Below are positions 18,289 to 28,151 of a DNA stretch of 64,000 nucleotides, piece by piece. Under the pieces are notes generated by a model. That model worked only from the letters and a program-made list of their open reading frames with translations. It was not told the origin of the DNA and made no database searches. The stretch is from assembly GCA_963695545.1 (NCBI GenBank), contig OY968796.1:2656001-2720000 (forward strand). The letters run 5' to 3'. The stretch comes from Terriglobia bacterium. GTDB lineage: Bacteria; Acidobacteriota; Terriglobia; Acidiferrales; UBA7541. The stretch's first letter is position 1. Every line of letters starts with the position of its first letter. Both the position numbers and the translations under genes were made by a program.

Positions 18289-18621
18289 GTGCAAATCTCA
18301 GCGCGCCGCCTGGACAAGACGACGATTTTCGATGTTTCCGGCGACATCGATCTGGCGCATTCAGGCGAGGTTCGCCGCGTGGTGCTTGTGGAGTTTCGCG
18401 AGAAGCGCACGCCCAAGGTGCTCCTCAATTTAATCGAAGTGAATTACATCGACAGTTCCGGCGTGGCGTCGCTGGTGGAAGGCCTCAAAGCGTCTCGAGA
18501 CGTCGGCTCGCGCCTGATCTTGTTCGGCCTTAGCCCCATCGCGCGTGAAGTGTTGCAGCTCTCGAGACTTCTGACGATCTTTGAAATCTACGACACCGAA
18601 GAAAAGGCCCTGGAGGCCTAA
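18289..18621 (+). CDS. STAS-domain anti-sigma factor antagonist (RsbV/SpoIIAA-like)
   Basis: VSGDIDL, YIDSSGVASLV phospho-Ser motif, FEIYDTEEKAL; AGGAG RBS. Confidence 0.9.
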   Translation: MQISARRLDKTTIFDVSGDIDLAHSGEVRRVVLVEFREKRTPKVLLNLIEVNYIDSSGVASLVEGLKASRDVGSRLILFGLSPIAREVLQLSRLLTIFEIYDTEEKALEA

Positions 18622-18658
18622 CGTTGCGTGACGCACGCATTGCGGAGCTGCGCTGATC

Positions 18659-19459
18659 ATGGTGGATTTCGTCGCGCAAATCGGCGAGACGGTCACGGAT
18701 TCTCTCGCCTACGTGGGCGCGCTCACGGCTTTGGCGGGCCGCGCCGCGTATTACGCGTTTATCGGCCCTTTTCGGGGGAAGCCGCTGCGTTGGCAGGCGG
18801 CCGTTTCTCAGGCCACGGAGATTGGTGTTCGGGCGCTGCCCATACTCTCGCTGATCACGTTTTTCATCGGATTGATCTTGGCGCTACAAAGCGGATACGA
18901 GCTGCGCAAGTTGGGGGCCTTGAGTTATGTGCCGGGCGCCGTCGCCATTTCCGTGACGCGCGAGCTCGGCCCGCTGATCACGGCCATTCTTGTGATCGGC
19001 CGATCCGGTTCGGCGTTCGCCGCGGAGCTTGGGACCATGCGAATCACCGAAGAGATCGACGCGCTCGAGACCATGGCCATCGAACCGGTGGACTTCCTGG
19101 TGACGCCGAAATTCATGGCCATGATCGTGATGATGCCGTGCTTGACCATGTGGTCGAACGCCATGGGCATTCTGGGTGGTTCACTGTTCGGCGTGACGCT
19201 CGGCGAATTCACCTGGGACCGATATATGCGCGCGTCGGTCGAGGCTCTCTATCTGCCCGACATCTCGCTTGGCCTGCTCAAGAGCGTCATGTTTGGGATC
19301 GCGATTACCGCGGTGGGTTGTTACGAGGGGCTTTCCACCACCGGAGGCGCCGAGCAGATTGGGCGATCGACAACCCAGGCGGTGGTGATTTCCATTTTCT
19401 CGGTGATCGCCGTGGACCTTGTTTTCACGGCCATTTTCTTTTTCGTATCCGGTCACTAG
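18659..19459 (+). CDS. mlaE: MlaE-family ABC transporter permease
   Basis: RELGPLITAILVIGRSGSAFAAELGTMRITEEIDALETM; GGAEQIGRSTTQAVV. Confidence 0.9.
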   Translation: MVDFVAQIGETVTDSLAYVGALTALAGRAAYYAFIGPFRGKPLRWQAAVSQATEIGVRALPILSLITFFIGLILALQSGYELRKLGALSYVPGAVAISVTRELGPLITAILVIGRSGSAFAAELGTMRITEEIDALETMAIEPVDFLVTPKFMAMIVMMPCLTMWSNAMGILGGSLFGVTLGEFTWDRYMRASVEALYLPDISLGLLKSVMFGIAITAVGCYEGLSTTGGAEQIGRSTTQAVVISIFSVIAVDLVFTAIFFFVSGH

Positions 19460-19479
19460 ACGGCCGTCGGAGCTGAGAT

Positions 19480-20337
19480 ATGCCAGACGAGAAAACAGAT
19501 TCCGCGCAAGCAGGGCCGGTCATCTCCGTGAAGGATCTTCGCGTAAAGTACGGAGAGCAGGAGATTCTGCACGGCATCAACTTTGACGTCGCGCGCTCGG
19601 AAACGCTGGTGATTCTGGGCGGCTCGGGCTCGGGGAAGAGCACGCTGCTGCGCGCGCTCGTGGGTCTCGAAAAACCCAGCGCGGGGCAGATTTGGATGAA
19701 GGGCCAGGACATCGCTGCAATTTCGCACGCGGAGCTAGACGAAATCCGCAAAAAAATCGGCATGTCGTTTCAGGGCGGCGCGCTGTTTGGATCGATGACC
19801 GTCGGAGAAAACGTGGCGCTCCCGCTGCGCGAACACACCACGCTCGAAGATTCGACCATCGAAATCATCGTTCGGCTGAAACTCGATCAGGTGGGCCTGG
19901 CGGGATTTGAGGACTATATGCCCGCGGAGCTGAGCGGCGGAATGCAAAAACGCGCGGCGGTGGCGCGCGCGTTGTCGATGGATTCGGAGATATTGTTCTT
20001 CGATGAGCCGTCGGCGGGGCTGGACCCGATCATCGCCGCCGGCATCGATCATCTGATTCTCCAGCTCAAGAAGGCGTTTCACATGACCATGATCGTCGTG
20101 ACGCACGAGCTGGCGAGCGCGTTCCTGATCGCCGACCGCATGATGCTGATCGACAAAGGGAACATCGAGGCCTACGGCACGCCCGAGGAGATGCGCACCA
20201 GCACGCAGCCGCGCGTGCGGCAATTTCTGGATCGCGTGGCTGAACCGGAAGTTTCGCAAGAGATGGATTATCTTCAGATGTTGACCGAAAGTCACCGCGA
20301 CGCGGGTCGCATGGCGGGATGGAGGCGGGGGACATGA
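19480..20337 (+). CDS. mlaF: MlaF-family ABC transporter ATP-binding protein
   Basis: Walker A GGSGSGKS, LSGGMQKR, FFDEPSAGLDP, VVTHE. Confidence 0.9.
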   Translation: MPDEKTDSAQAGPVISVKDLRVKYGEQEILHGINFDVARSETLVILGGSGSGKSTLLRALVGLEKPSAGQIWMKGQDIAAISHAELDEIRKKIGMSFQGGALFGSMTVGENVALPLREHTTLEDSTIEIIVRLKLDQVGLAGFEDYMPAELSGGMQKRAAVARALSMDSEILFFDEPSAGLDPIIAAGIDHLILQLKKAFHMTMIVVTHELASAFLIADRMMLIDKGNIEAYGTPEEMRTSTQPRVRQFLDRVAEPEVSQEMDYLQMLTESHRDAGRMAGWRRGT

Positions 20338-21305
20338 CGCAAGCGAAACGCGAGCAAGTGATGGTCGGGGCGTTTGTGATCGTCGCCGTGGTGTTGCTGG
20401 TGGGCACGGTATTCGCCGTGGGCGGAATTTCCGGCCGCCAGGTTAAGACGTACCGCACTTATTTCGCTTTTGCCGGCGGAATCGAGCCGGGGACTGCGGT
20501 GCGCTATTCGGGCGGCCCGAAAGTCGGCCGCGTGGAAAAAATGCGCATCGATCCGCAAGATCCGTCGCGCATTGAAATGACTTTCAGCGTTGACGCGGAC
20601 CTGCCGGTGAAGACGGACAGTCACATCAAAATCATGGCGCTGACGCCGCTCGGCGACAATCACGTCGAGGTTATGCCCGGCACGCCCGGGGCCGCCGAGG
20701 CGCCGGCGGGTTCGCTATTGCCGTCCGACGCGTACGTGGATATCAACTCCGTGCTGGCGCAGGTCCAAAACGTCGCGCCGCAGGCGCAGCAACTTATCGC
20801 GAACCTCAATGATCGTGTGGTCGAGCTTAAGGTTACCCTGAGCCGCGTCGACGACCTGCTGAACGATCAGAATCGAGGGAATCTCTCCGCGGTGATCGCC
20901 CAGTCGCGCGGAATCATCGAAGAGAATCGTCCCGCGCTGAAATCCACTCTCGCGCATCTGAACGACGTGAGCGCGCGATTGCAGCCTGTGCTGGACGACC
21001 TCCAGAAGACTTCGGCTCAGGCCAATTTGACGCTCGCGCACGTGGACGCCACGATCGGCGAAAATCGCCCGGATCTACATGCGGCGATTGTTGAGTTGCG
21101 CCAGTCGCTCGCGACCGTAACGAGTCTTACCGCTCAGCTGAACCAAACCGCCGATGTAAATTCCGACAACATCGATGAGCTGCTCGAAAATTTCCGCGAT
21201 GTCAGCGAGAACCTCAAGGAAATTACGGACACCATCAAAGCGCGGCCCTATCTGTTGATTCGCTCGAACCCTCCGCCTGAACACAAGCCAGGCGAACAAC
21301 GATGA
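20334..21305 (+). CDS. mlaD: MlaD/MCE-domain protein with long helical C-terminus
   Basis: N-terminal TM helix, GGIEPGTAVRYSGG..VGRV, PLGDNHVEVMPG; ATGA overlap with the upstream gene. Confidence 0.85.
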   Translation: MTQAKREQVMVGAFVIVAVVLLVGTVFAVGGISGRQVKTYRTYFAFAGGIEPGTAVRYSGGPKVGRVEKMRIDPQDPSRIEMTFSVDADLPVKTDSHIKIMALTPLGDNHVEVMPGTPGAAEAPAGSLLPSDAYVDINSVLAQVQNVAPQAQQLIANLNDRVVELKVTLSRVDDLLNDQNRGNLSAVIAQSRGIIEENRPALKSTLAHLNDVSARLQPVLDDLQKTSAQANLTLAHVDATIGENRPDLHAAIVELRQSLATVTSLTAQLNQTADVNSDNIDELLENFRDVSENLKEITDTIKARPYLLIRSNPPPEHKPGEQR

Positions 21306-21346
21306 ACCCGAACGGGCAGTCGAAACTGCGTGAGGGAGGTTTCGCA

Positions 21347-21958
21347 ATGAGAACCAGAGCGACGGTGATTGTGCTCGCCATAATCGTGGGAGGCATCTGC
21401 GGCTGCGGCTCTATACCGCAGACCAAGTACTACCAGCTTAATCCTCCGAGCGAACCTAATTCAGCTGCCGTCGCGAATCCATTTCCGGTCACGTTGCTGG
21501 TGGGTCCGCTCAAAGCTTCGCATCTTTATCGCGAAGACCGGCTCGTTTACGCAACCGACAGCGAGGAAATGGGCACTTACGACGTTCACCGCTGGGCGGA
21601 GCCTCCCACCGAAATGATTCAGGAGCTGCTGTGGCGTTCTCTGAGGGCCTCGCACCAGTATCGCGGTGTCTCCATGTTGTCCAGCAGTTCCCACGGAGAT
21701 TTCTTGCTGGACGGGAATCTATATGACTTCAAGGAAATTTCCGGCAGCACGCTCACCGCTCGCGTGAGTTTGGAATTGCAACTCCGCGACATGAAAACAG
21801 GCGCCATCGTGTGGACCCACGCTTACGCTCATGATGAACCAGTCAGCGGCAAGACCGTGTCCGACGTGGTTGCTGCGCTCGATCAAAATACGCACGACTT
21901 CGTGAGCGATGCCGAAGCCAGCTTGAGCGAATATTTTGCCGCGCATCCCACTCGGTAG
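21347..21958 (+). CDS. PqiC-like ABC transport auxiliary lipoprotein
   Basis: GGAGG RBS, lipobox ICGC, TKYYQL and HRWAEPP motifs; follows the MCE gene. Confidence 0.8.
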   Translation: MRTRATVIVLAIIVGGICGCGSIPQTKYYQLNPPSEPNSAAVANPFPVTLLVGPLKASHLYREDRLVYATDSEEMGTYDVHRWAEPPTEMIQELLWRSLRASHQYRGVSMLSSSSHGDFLLDGNLYDFKEISGSTLTARVSLELQLRDMKTGAIVWTHAYAHDEPVSGKTVSDVVAALDQNTHDFVSDAEASLSEYFAAHPTR

Positions 21959-22036
21959 TGTTGGGGCGCGCATTCGATTGTTTCATGAAGCGCGGAATCT
22001 TCAAGATTTGCCGCGCGCTTCGCAAAGAGAGCTTCC

Positions 22037-23182
22037 GTGAGCGATATACAACCTGAATGGGTCGTGCATGTTCGCGACGTTCTGGAGCTGCTGAATCAGG
22101 GCGTGATCATTAGCGACGAATGCCCGCGCGTGGTCTACACAAATTCTCTTTTCCTGGAGATGGTTGGCCGCAGCGCCGACGAACTCGTCGGGCGGTACGT
22201 CAAAGATCTGTTCCCATCCGAAGACGTCCCGTGGCTGCTGCACCAAATCGAAGTCGGAAGAACTCAAGGTCAGAATCGATTTGAATTCTATTTGCCGCAT
22301 GCCTCCGGAGCCCGCCTGCCCGTGGTCATCGCCGCGCGGCAACTCGAGGATCCCGATGGGCGCATCTTTGCGATCGTGACCTTCACCGATATCACCGAGC
22401 AGAAGAGCGCGGAGATGGAACTGCGGCGGGCAAATACGTTGCTCGAATCGCGCGAACGCGCTCTGGACGAAGACCTGCTCCTCGCGGCGCGCGTTCAGCA
22501 AAGCCTCGCCCCCCAAAGTCTCGTTTGGACCACCGCGTCGGTAGAAACGTACTATCAGGCCGCGCGGACCATTGGCGGCGATTATGGCGTGGTCGCGCCC
22601 GGCGACGACTATCTCACGCTGATGGTTTGCGACGTTTCCGGGCACGGAATCGGATCGGCGCTTGTCGCCAACCGAATTTACACAGAGACCGTTTCGCTCA
22701 TCGAGGCCGGCGAGGCGCTCACGCCGATGTTGCAGCACCTCAACCGATTTGTTCTGCAGAACCTGGGAAGTTCCGTGATGTACTTCACGGTAGCCGCCGC
22801 GCGATTGCGCCGCGATGGATGTCAGCTCGAATTTTCCGCCGCCGGACATCCGCCCGCGATGATCTTTCGCCGGGGCCAAGCGCCGCGGTTTCTCGAGTCA
22901 ACCAGCACCATTCTCGGGTGCTTCCCCGACGCAGTTGGCCCAGACTCGGCCGTGAGGATTACTCTCGAAGCAGGCGACCGCCTCATGCTCTACACGGATG
23001 GCTTCACGGAGACCTTCAATTCCCGGCGCGAGATGCTGGGCGTCAATGGCCTCGCCGAAATCGCGCTTGAAGCGTCCACCTTGCCGCTTCCGGAGATGAA
23101 GCAGCAAATCCTCGATCGCGTCACTGCCTGGCGAAGCGGTCCCGCCGCCGACGACATGTCTCTTATTCTCGTCGAAGTCTGA
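22037..23182 (+). CDS. PAS + SpoIIE/PP2C phosphatase (RsbP/RsbU-like)
   Basis: PAS ending DITEQK; IGGDY, CDVSGHG, AAGHPP, LYTDG and ADDMS motifs. Confidence 0.9.
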   Translation: MSDIQPEWVVHVRDVLELLNQGVIISDECPRVVYTNSLFLEMVGRSADELVGRYVKDLFPSEDVPWLLHQIEVGRTQGQNRFEFYLPHASGARLPVVIAARQLEDPDGRIFAIVTFTDITEQKSAEMELRRANTLLESRERALDEDLLLAARVQQSLAPQSLVWTTASVETYYQAARTIGGDYGVVAPGDDYLTLMVCDVSGHGIGSALVANRIYTETVSLIEAGEALTPMLQHLNRFVLQNLGSSVMYFTVAAARLRRDGCQLEFSAAGHPPAMIFRRGQAPRFLESTSTILGCFPDAVGPDSAVRITLEAGDRLMLYTDGFTETFNSRREMLGVNGLAEIALEASTLPLPEMKQQILDRVTAWRSGPAADDMSLILVEV

Positions 23183-23335
23183 TCGCAGAAGGGTCCGCGT
23201 CGACTATTTCCCCCATCGGCGCGCGTCTTGAAACTTTCGGTGACCGCGCGACGACTCCGCCTTCGATTGACATTCGCATATCGCAAGCATAGGCTCCCGC
23301 TCAGCATCTGACTTCTTTTCCGTGGAGGAACCTCG

Positions 23336-23893
23336 ATGAATACGTCCACGATAGCAAGCGACGCAAGGCAGGTCACAGGCTGGTCGATTGCGGTTAGTCT
23401 TCTGCTGATTCTCGCGGGAATTTTGGCCATTGGACTTCCGATAGCGGCGGGATTCGCTGTCAGCATCGTGGTGGGCTGGCTCTTGGTGTTTTGCGGGGTG
23501 ATTCATCTGGTCTTTGCCTGGCACATTCGCTCAGTTGGCGGTGTCATTTGGCAGGTCTTGCTAGGCGCGCTCTATATCGGCATCGGCGTCTTCATACTGA
23601 TTCACCCGCTCGCCGCTTTGGTTACGCTGACGCTGGCCCTTGCCATCTACTTGTTCGCCGAAGGCCTGCTCGAGCTGATCCTGGCGTTTCAGGTTCGCCC
23701 ACAGCAGGGCTGGGGATGGCTGCTGTTCGACGGCGTCGTCACGCTGTTTCTCGCCGTTCTTATTTGGAGGGGCTGGCCCAGAAGTACGGACTGGGTGATC
23801 GGAATGCTCGTGGGAATCAGCATGATTTTCAGCGGAGTCACGCGTCTGATGCTTTCGCTCGCTGCGCGTAGCCTTGTGCCACGGTCAGTCTGA
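23336..23893 (+). CDS. HdeD/DUF308 family membrane protein
   Basis: About six TM helices; GWGWLLFDGVVTL and WVIGMLVGISMIFSG; GGAGG RBS. Confidence 0.8.
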   Translation: MNTSTIASDARQVTGWSIAVSLLLILAGILAIGLPIAAGFAVSIVVGWLLVFCGVIHLVFAWHIRSVGGVIWQVLLGALYIGIGVFILIHPLAALVTLTLALAIYLFAEGLLELILAFQVRPQQGWGWLLFDGVVTLFLAVLIWRGWPRSTDWVIGMLVGISMIFSGVTRLMLSLAARSLVPRSV

Positions 23894-24139
23894 GATTTCC
23901 GCCGAGGAACCTCGATCAACGCAGTTCAGAAGTTCCCTGGCACGCTCGGCGGTTAAGTCGCGGAAGCCGCGGCGTCGCCTTCCTTGGCGCCGCGACATTT
24001 GTTCTCGAGTCGCGGCGCTCTCTGAACCTCCGGGTCGGCTTCGCGCGAAGTTGTATCCGTGTAAAATCTCGAACGAAACCGTCGTTAATCTCAGTTAAAA
24101 TATCTGGTATAGTCCGGTTTACTGCCTTGGATTGCGTCT

Positions 24140-25594
24140 GTGCGCCCCGTGCACGCCGTCGATAGTGTCGGGGAATCGAACGACACCGAGAGGGAATCGC
24201 AGTTGGCCGAAGGACCACTTTCCAGAGTGCCCGCCTCAGGGGCCACCCAAGCGGATCTGGTCATCACTCACGAGGACGTTGATCGTGCGCATGACCGCGT
24301 GCGTGTTTCCGCGGCGCGCGCCCAGCGCGGTGTCTTCCCCAGGTTCCGTCTGCTGTGGTTGCTCGTTGGCCCCGGAATTCTGGTCATGCTGGGAGAGAAC
24401 GACGGCCCCAGCATGCTTTCCTACGCCGCGACGGGCGCAAAATTTGGAATCGGTTTCTTCATTCCCTTTGTGGTGCTCACGTTCTGCATGGCGGTCGTCG
24501 TGCAGGAAATGACCATGCGCCTGGGTTCCGCAACTCATCGCGGCCATGCGGAATTAATTTTTGACCGCTTCGGGCCGTTCTGGGGCTGGTTCTCGATGCT
24601 CGACCTCGGCGTCGGCAATTTCCTGACGCTCATCACCGAATTCATCGCCATCCGCGCCGGCCTGGGATTTTTTGGCGTGCCCGCGTGGGCCGCTGTTCTC
24701 AGCGCGTTCGTGTTCTTGTGTCTGGCGGTGATCACTCACCGTTATTGGACCTGGGAACGAACTCTGCTCGCCATCGCCGTATTCAATCTCGTTTTCGTTC
24801 CAGTCGCACTGCTCACGCACCCGAATTGGCACTCGGTCGGCCACGCCCTCATCACCTGGAAGCCGTTCCCCGGCGGATTGAGCCAGGACACTCTGATCAT
24901 CATGCTCGCGGACATCGGCGCGACCGTGACCCCGTGGATGCTTTTCTTTCAGCAGAGTGCAACAGTTGACAAAGGGCTCACGCGGAAAGATATCAATCTC
25001 GGCCGCATCGATACGATCGTCGGCGCCGCTCTGGCCGCGATCGCCGCGGTCGCCACGATTCTGGCGACGGCCCCGTTGTTCGCTCACCACATGAATGCCG
25101 ATAGCTTTCAGGCCGCCGAATTCGCGCAGGCACTAAGGCCATTAATCGGCCGATTCGGCGCGGCACTGTTCGCGCTCGGCATCGTCGAAGCCGGCATGGT
25201 CGCCTCGGTCACTATTTCTACTTCCTCCGCCTATGCGTTTGGAGAAGTGGCGCGCAGACCGCACAGCCTCAATCTGCCCATGGCCGAGGGAAAGCCTTTC
25301 TACTCCGTGTTATTTCTCTGTGCCGCAATCGCCGGTGGAATTGTCTTGATCCCCGGGCTTCCGCTCGTGTCCGTCGTCCTACTCGTCAACGTGGTCGCAG
25401 TGCTGGCCATGCCGCCCGCGCTGGTATTTCTGTTCATGCTCGCGAACGACCGCGAAATCATGGGCGATCTCGTGAGCCCCACTTGGGCGAACGCGCTGGC
25501 CACCGGCGTAGTCGTTTTTCTAACTCTCGCCGGTATACTCTTCGGCATCAGCGTGATTGCACCGAATTTCTTCGCGTTTCTAGGCGCAAGGTAG
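24140..25594 (+). CDS. NRAMP-family divalent metal transporter (start uncertain)
   Basis: GPGILVMLGENDGPS, VQEMTMRLG..HAELI, IGATVTPWMLFFQQS and NDREIMG motifs. Confidence 0.85.
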   Translation: MRPVHAVDSVGESNDTERESQLAEGPLSRVPASGATQADLVITHEDVDRAHDRVRVSAARAQRGVFPRFRLLWLLVGPGILVMLGENDGPSMLSYAATGAKFGIGFFIPFVVLTFCMAVVVQEMTMRLGSATHRGHAELIFDRFGPFWGWFSMLDLGVGNFLTLITEFIAIRAGLGFFGVPAWAAVLSAFVFLCLAVITHRYWTWERTLLAIAVFNLVFVPVALLTHPNWHSVGHALITWKPFPGGLSQDTLIIMLADIGATVTPWMLFFQQSATVDKGLTRKDINLGRIDTIVGAALAAIAAVATILATAPLFAHHMNADSFQAAEFAQALRPLIGRFGAALFALGIVEAGMVASVTISTSSAYAFGEVARRPHSLNLPMAEGKPFYSVLFLCAAIAGGIVLIPGLPLVSVVLLVNVVAVLAMPPALVFLFMLANDREIMGDLVSPTWANALATGVVVFLTLAGILFGISVIAPNFFAFLGAR

Positions 25595-25606
25595 GAGCAT
25601 CGCAGA

Positions 25607-25825
25607 ATGACCTCAACGGACAAACCCCGCGCCTCGATCACTTCTTCCGACCAAGCGCTGGTTCTCTCGTCGCTTGAGCGCGATCAACTTGCCGGCCTGA
25701 GAAAGCGCGTCATTCCCAGACGCCACCTTAAGGGGTTTGAAAAATTCATCATCTGGTCTCTCCGAATCTATCTCCTCTTCATGATGGCCGTGGTTATCTA
25801 CCAAGTGTGGATTGGAACGCGTTAA
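25607..25825 (+). CDS. Small single-TM membrane protein (72 aa)
   Basis: AGGAG RBS directly after the NRAMP stop codon; C-terminal hydrophobic helix. Confidence 0.65.
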   Translation: MTSTDKPRASITSSDQALVLSSLERDQLAGLRKRVIPRRHLKGFEKFIIWSLRIYLLFMMAVVIYQVWIGTR

Positions 25826-26350
25826 TCCCGAGAATTTGCGGGCGCTCGGCCGTGCTCCCCACGCTGTCCGTAACGCGACAGTTTCCTTCCTGATGCGGTG
25901 CAATAGTTCAGCTGCGAGATCGCCTCGACATCTGTGCGTGATCGCCGGTACCTGAAGAGAATGTGATAGGCCGCGAGCGACGAGGAAATCGTCGAAACGA
26001 CCCGTCAGAATTCCTCTAAATTCATGAGAATGAAACATTGGGGCCGCAACCGTTTGACTTTCATTTGAGTCAAATGGGAGGGCAACGCTGCGGCGCCTTG
26101 CTCGTTCGGACGGCCTCGCAGAAAAGGCACGCCTCCGGGATTCGCGGCTTGCGCCGCGCCGAGCGTCACGCGCGCCGTTGGGCTAAAATCAGGACGCTAG
26201 ACAGCGTGGAGGCAAGATCGTGAACGACAATCCATTGACACAATTGGGTTCGCTCGGGCAAACCATGCAGCTCGATTACATCCGGCGCGATCTGATCTCC
26301 CGCGCCGGATTCCGCCGTGTGATCCGGTCAGCGGCGTCCTTGAGGGCCTC

Positions 26351-28078
26351 GTGAAAATCAGCCCTCTCGCCGGCAAGCCCGCGCCAGAATCGATTCTGGT
26401 GAATGTTCCCAAACTCGTCACGGCCTATTACACCGAGATCCCCGATCCGTCCGTGCCCGCCCAGCGGGTTGCCTTCGGCACATCCGGGCATCGAGGCTCC
26501 GCTTTCGATAAATCTTTCAACGAGTGGCACATCCTCGCCATCAGCCAGGCCATTTGTCTCTATCGAAAAAAGCAAAATATTGACGGTCCACTCTTCCTTG
26601 GCATGGACACACACGCGCTCTCGGTGCCCGCGCTTGCGAGCGCGCTTGAAGTCTTGGCGGCCAACGGCGTGGAAGTGATGATCGCGGTGGGCGACGAATA
26701 CACACCCACGCCAGCGATTTCCCACGCGATCCTGACGTACAACCACGGCCGCAAAGCCGGACTCGCCGACGGCATCGTCATCACTCCGTCGCACAATCCG
26801 CCCGAAGATGGCGGCTTCAAGTACAACCCACCCAACGGCGGACCGGCAGAAGAGACCATCACGAATTGGATCGAAGCGAAAGCCAACGAATTCCTCGAAG
26901 CTGGACTCCAAGGCGTCAAGCGCATTCCTTACGAGAAGGCTCTTAGCGCCTCCACCACGCATCGCCACGACTATCTCAACACCTACATTGACGATCTCGC
27001 CTCAGTGCTGGATTTCGACGCGATTCGCGCATCAAAGCTGCACCTGGGCGTCGATCCGCTCGGCGGCGCCGGTGTCCATTACTGGCCGCGAATCGCCGAA
27101 CGCTATCGCTTGGATCTCACGGTAGTCAGCGAAACTGTCGACCCCACGTTCCGCTTCATGACCGTCGACTGGGATGGCCGCATACGCATGGACCCTTCCT
27201 CGGTCTATGCCATGCAACGCTTGATCGGAATGAAGGACCGCTTCGATCTCTCTTTCGCCTGCGACACCGATCACGATCGCCATGGCATCGTCGCCAAGAG
27301 CGTTGGATTGATGCCGCCCAATCATTATCTGTCTGTTGCTATCTTTTACCTTTTCCAGCATCGCCCGGAGTGGCGCAAGGAAGCCGCCGTCGGCAAGACC
27401 GTCGTGAGCAGCGCGATGATCGATCGCGTCACCGCGAAACTTGGCCGCAAGCTCTACGAAGTTCCGGTCGGCTTCAAATGGTTTGTCGATGGCTTGCTTG
27501 ATGGCTCGCTCGGCTTTGGCGGTGAAGAAAGCGCCGGCGCCTCGTTCTCGCGCCTCGACGGCACGGTTTGGACCACGGACAAAGACGGCATCGTCCCGGC
27601 TCTCCTCTCGGCGGAAATCACGGCTCGCATGGGCCGCGATCCCGGCGAAATCTACCAGGATCTCACGCGCGAGTTTGGCGACCCTGCTTACGATCGCGTC
27701 GATGCGCCCGCCACTCCCGAACAAAAGGAACTTCTGGCGAAACTCTCGCCCCAGCAAGTGAAGATCACGGATCTCGCGGGCGAAAAAATCCAGACGATCC
27801 TTACGAATGCGCCCGGCAATGGCGCGCCCATTGGCGGATTGAAGGCCATCGCCGCAAGCGGCTGGTTCGCCGCGCGCCCGTCAGGCACCGAAAATATCTA
27901 CAAGGTCTACGCCGAGAGTTTTCAAGGCGCCGACCACCTGCGCCGCATCCTTGACGAAGCCCAGAAGATCGTCAACGATGCTTTGGCCGCCGTGCCCGCG
28001 CCGAAGCAAGGCTCAGAGCAGGGCAAAGATGGCGCGCCTCCGGCAGTTCGTCAGCAGGCTGCGGGCGAAACGAAATAA
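26351..28078 (+). CDS. pgm: Phosphoglucomutase (alpha-D-glucose phosphate-specific)
   Basis: FGTSGHRGS, ITPSHNPP, CDTDHDRH, GGEESAG and RPSGTE motifs. Confidence 0.95.
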   Translation: MKISPLAGKPAPESILVNVPKLVTAYYTEIPDPSVPAQRVAFGTSGHRGSAFDKSFNEWHILAISQAICLYRKKQNIDGPLFLGMDTHALSVPALASALEVLAANGVEVMIAVGDEYTPTPAISHAILTYNHGRKAGLADGIVITPSHNPPEDGGFKYNPPNGGPAEETITNWIEAKANEFLEAGLQGVKRIPYEKALSASTTHRHDYLNTYIDDLASVLDFDAIRASKLHLGVDPLGGAGVHYWPRIAERYRLDLTVVSETVDPTFRFMTVDWDGRIRMDPSSVYAMQRLIGMKDRFDLSFACDTDHDRHGIVAKSVGLMPPNHYLSVAIFYLFQHRPEWRKEAAVGKTVVSSAMIDRVTAKLGRKLYEVPVGFKWFVDGLLDGSLGFGGEESAGASFSRLDGTVWTTDKDGIVPALLSAEITARMGRDPGEIYQDLTREFGDPAYDRVDAPATPEQKELLAKLSPQQVKITDLAGEKIQTILTNAPGNGAPIGGLKAIAASGWFAARPSGTENIYKVYAESFQGADHLRRILDEAQKIVNDALAAVPAPKQGSEQGKDGAPPAVRQQAAGETK

Positions 28079-28151
28079 GATTCGCGTCACGAAGAATGCA
28101 TCAGCAGATGCGCTTGAACACTCGGTCCTGAACGAACCCGGAGCAGAAGCC

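Noticed and set aside
18628..19476. 282-aa alternative-frame ORF over mlaE
   Set aside because: Same-strand frame shadow of a clear MlaE gene.
23894..24139. Metal-sensing riboswitch upstream of the NRAMP gene
   Set aside because: GC-rich hairpins are possible, but I could not identify M-box or yybP-ykoY conserved motifs; needs cmscan.
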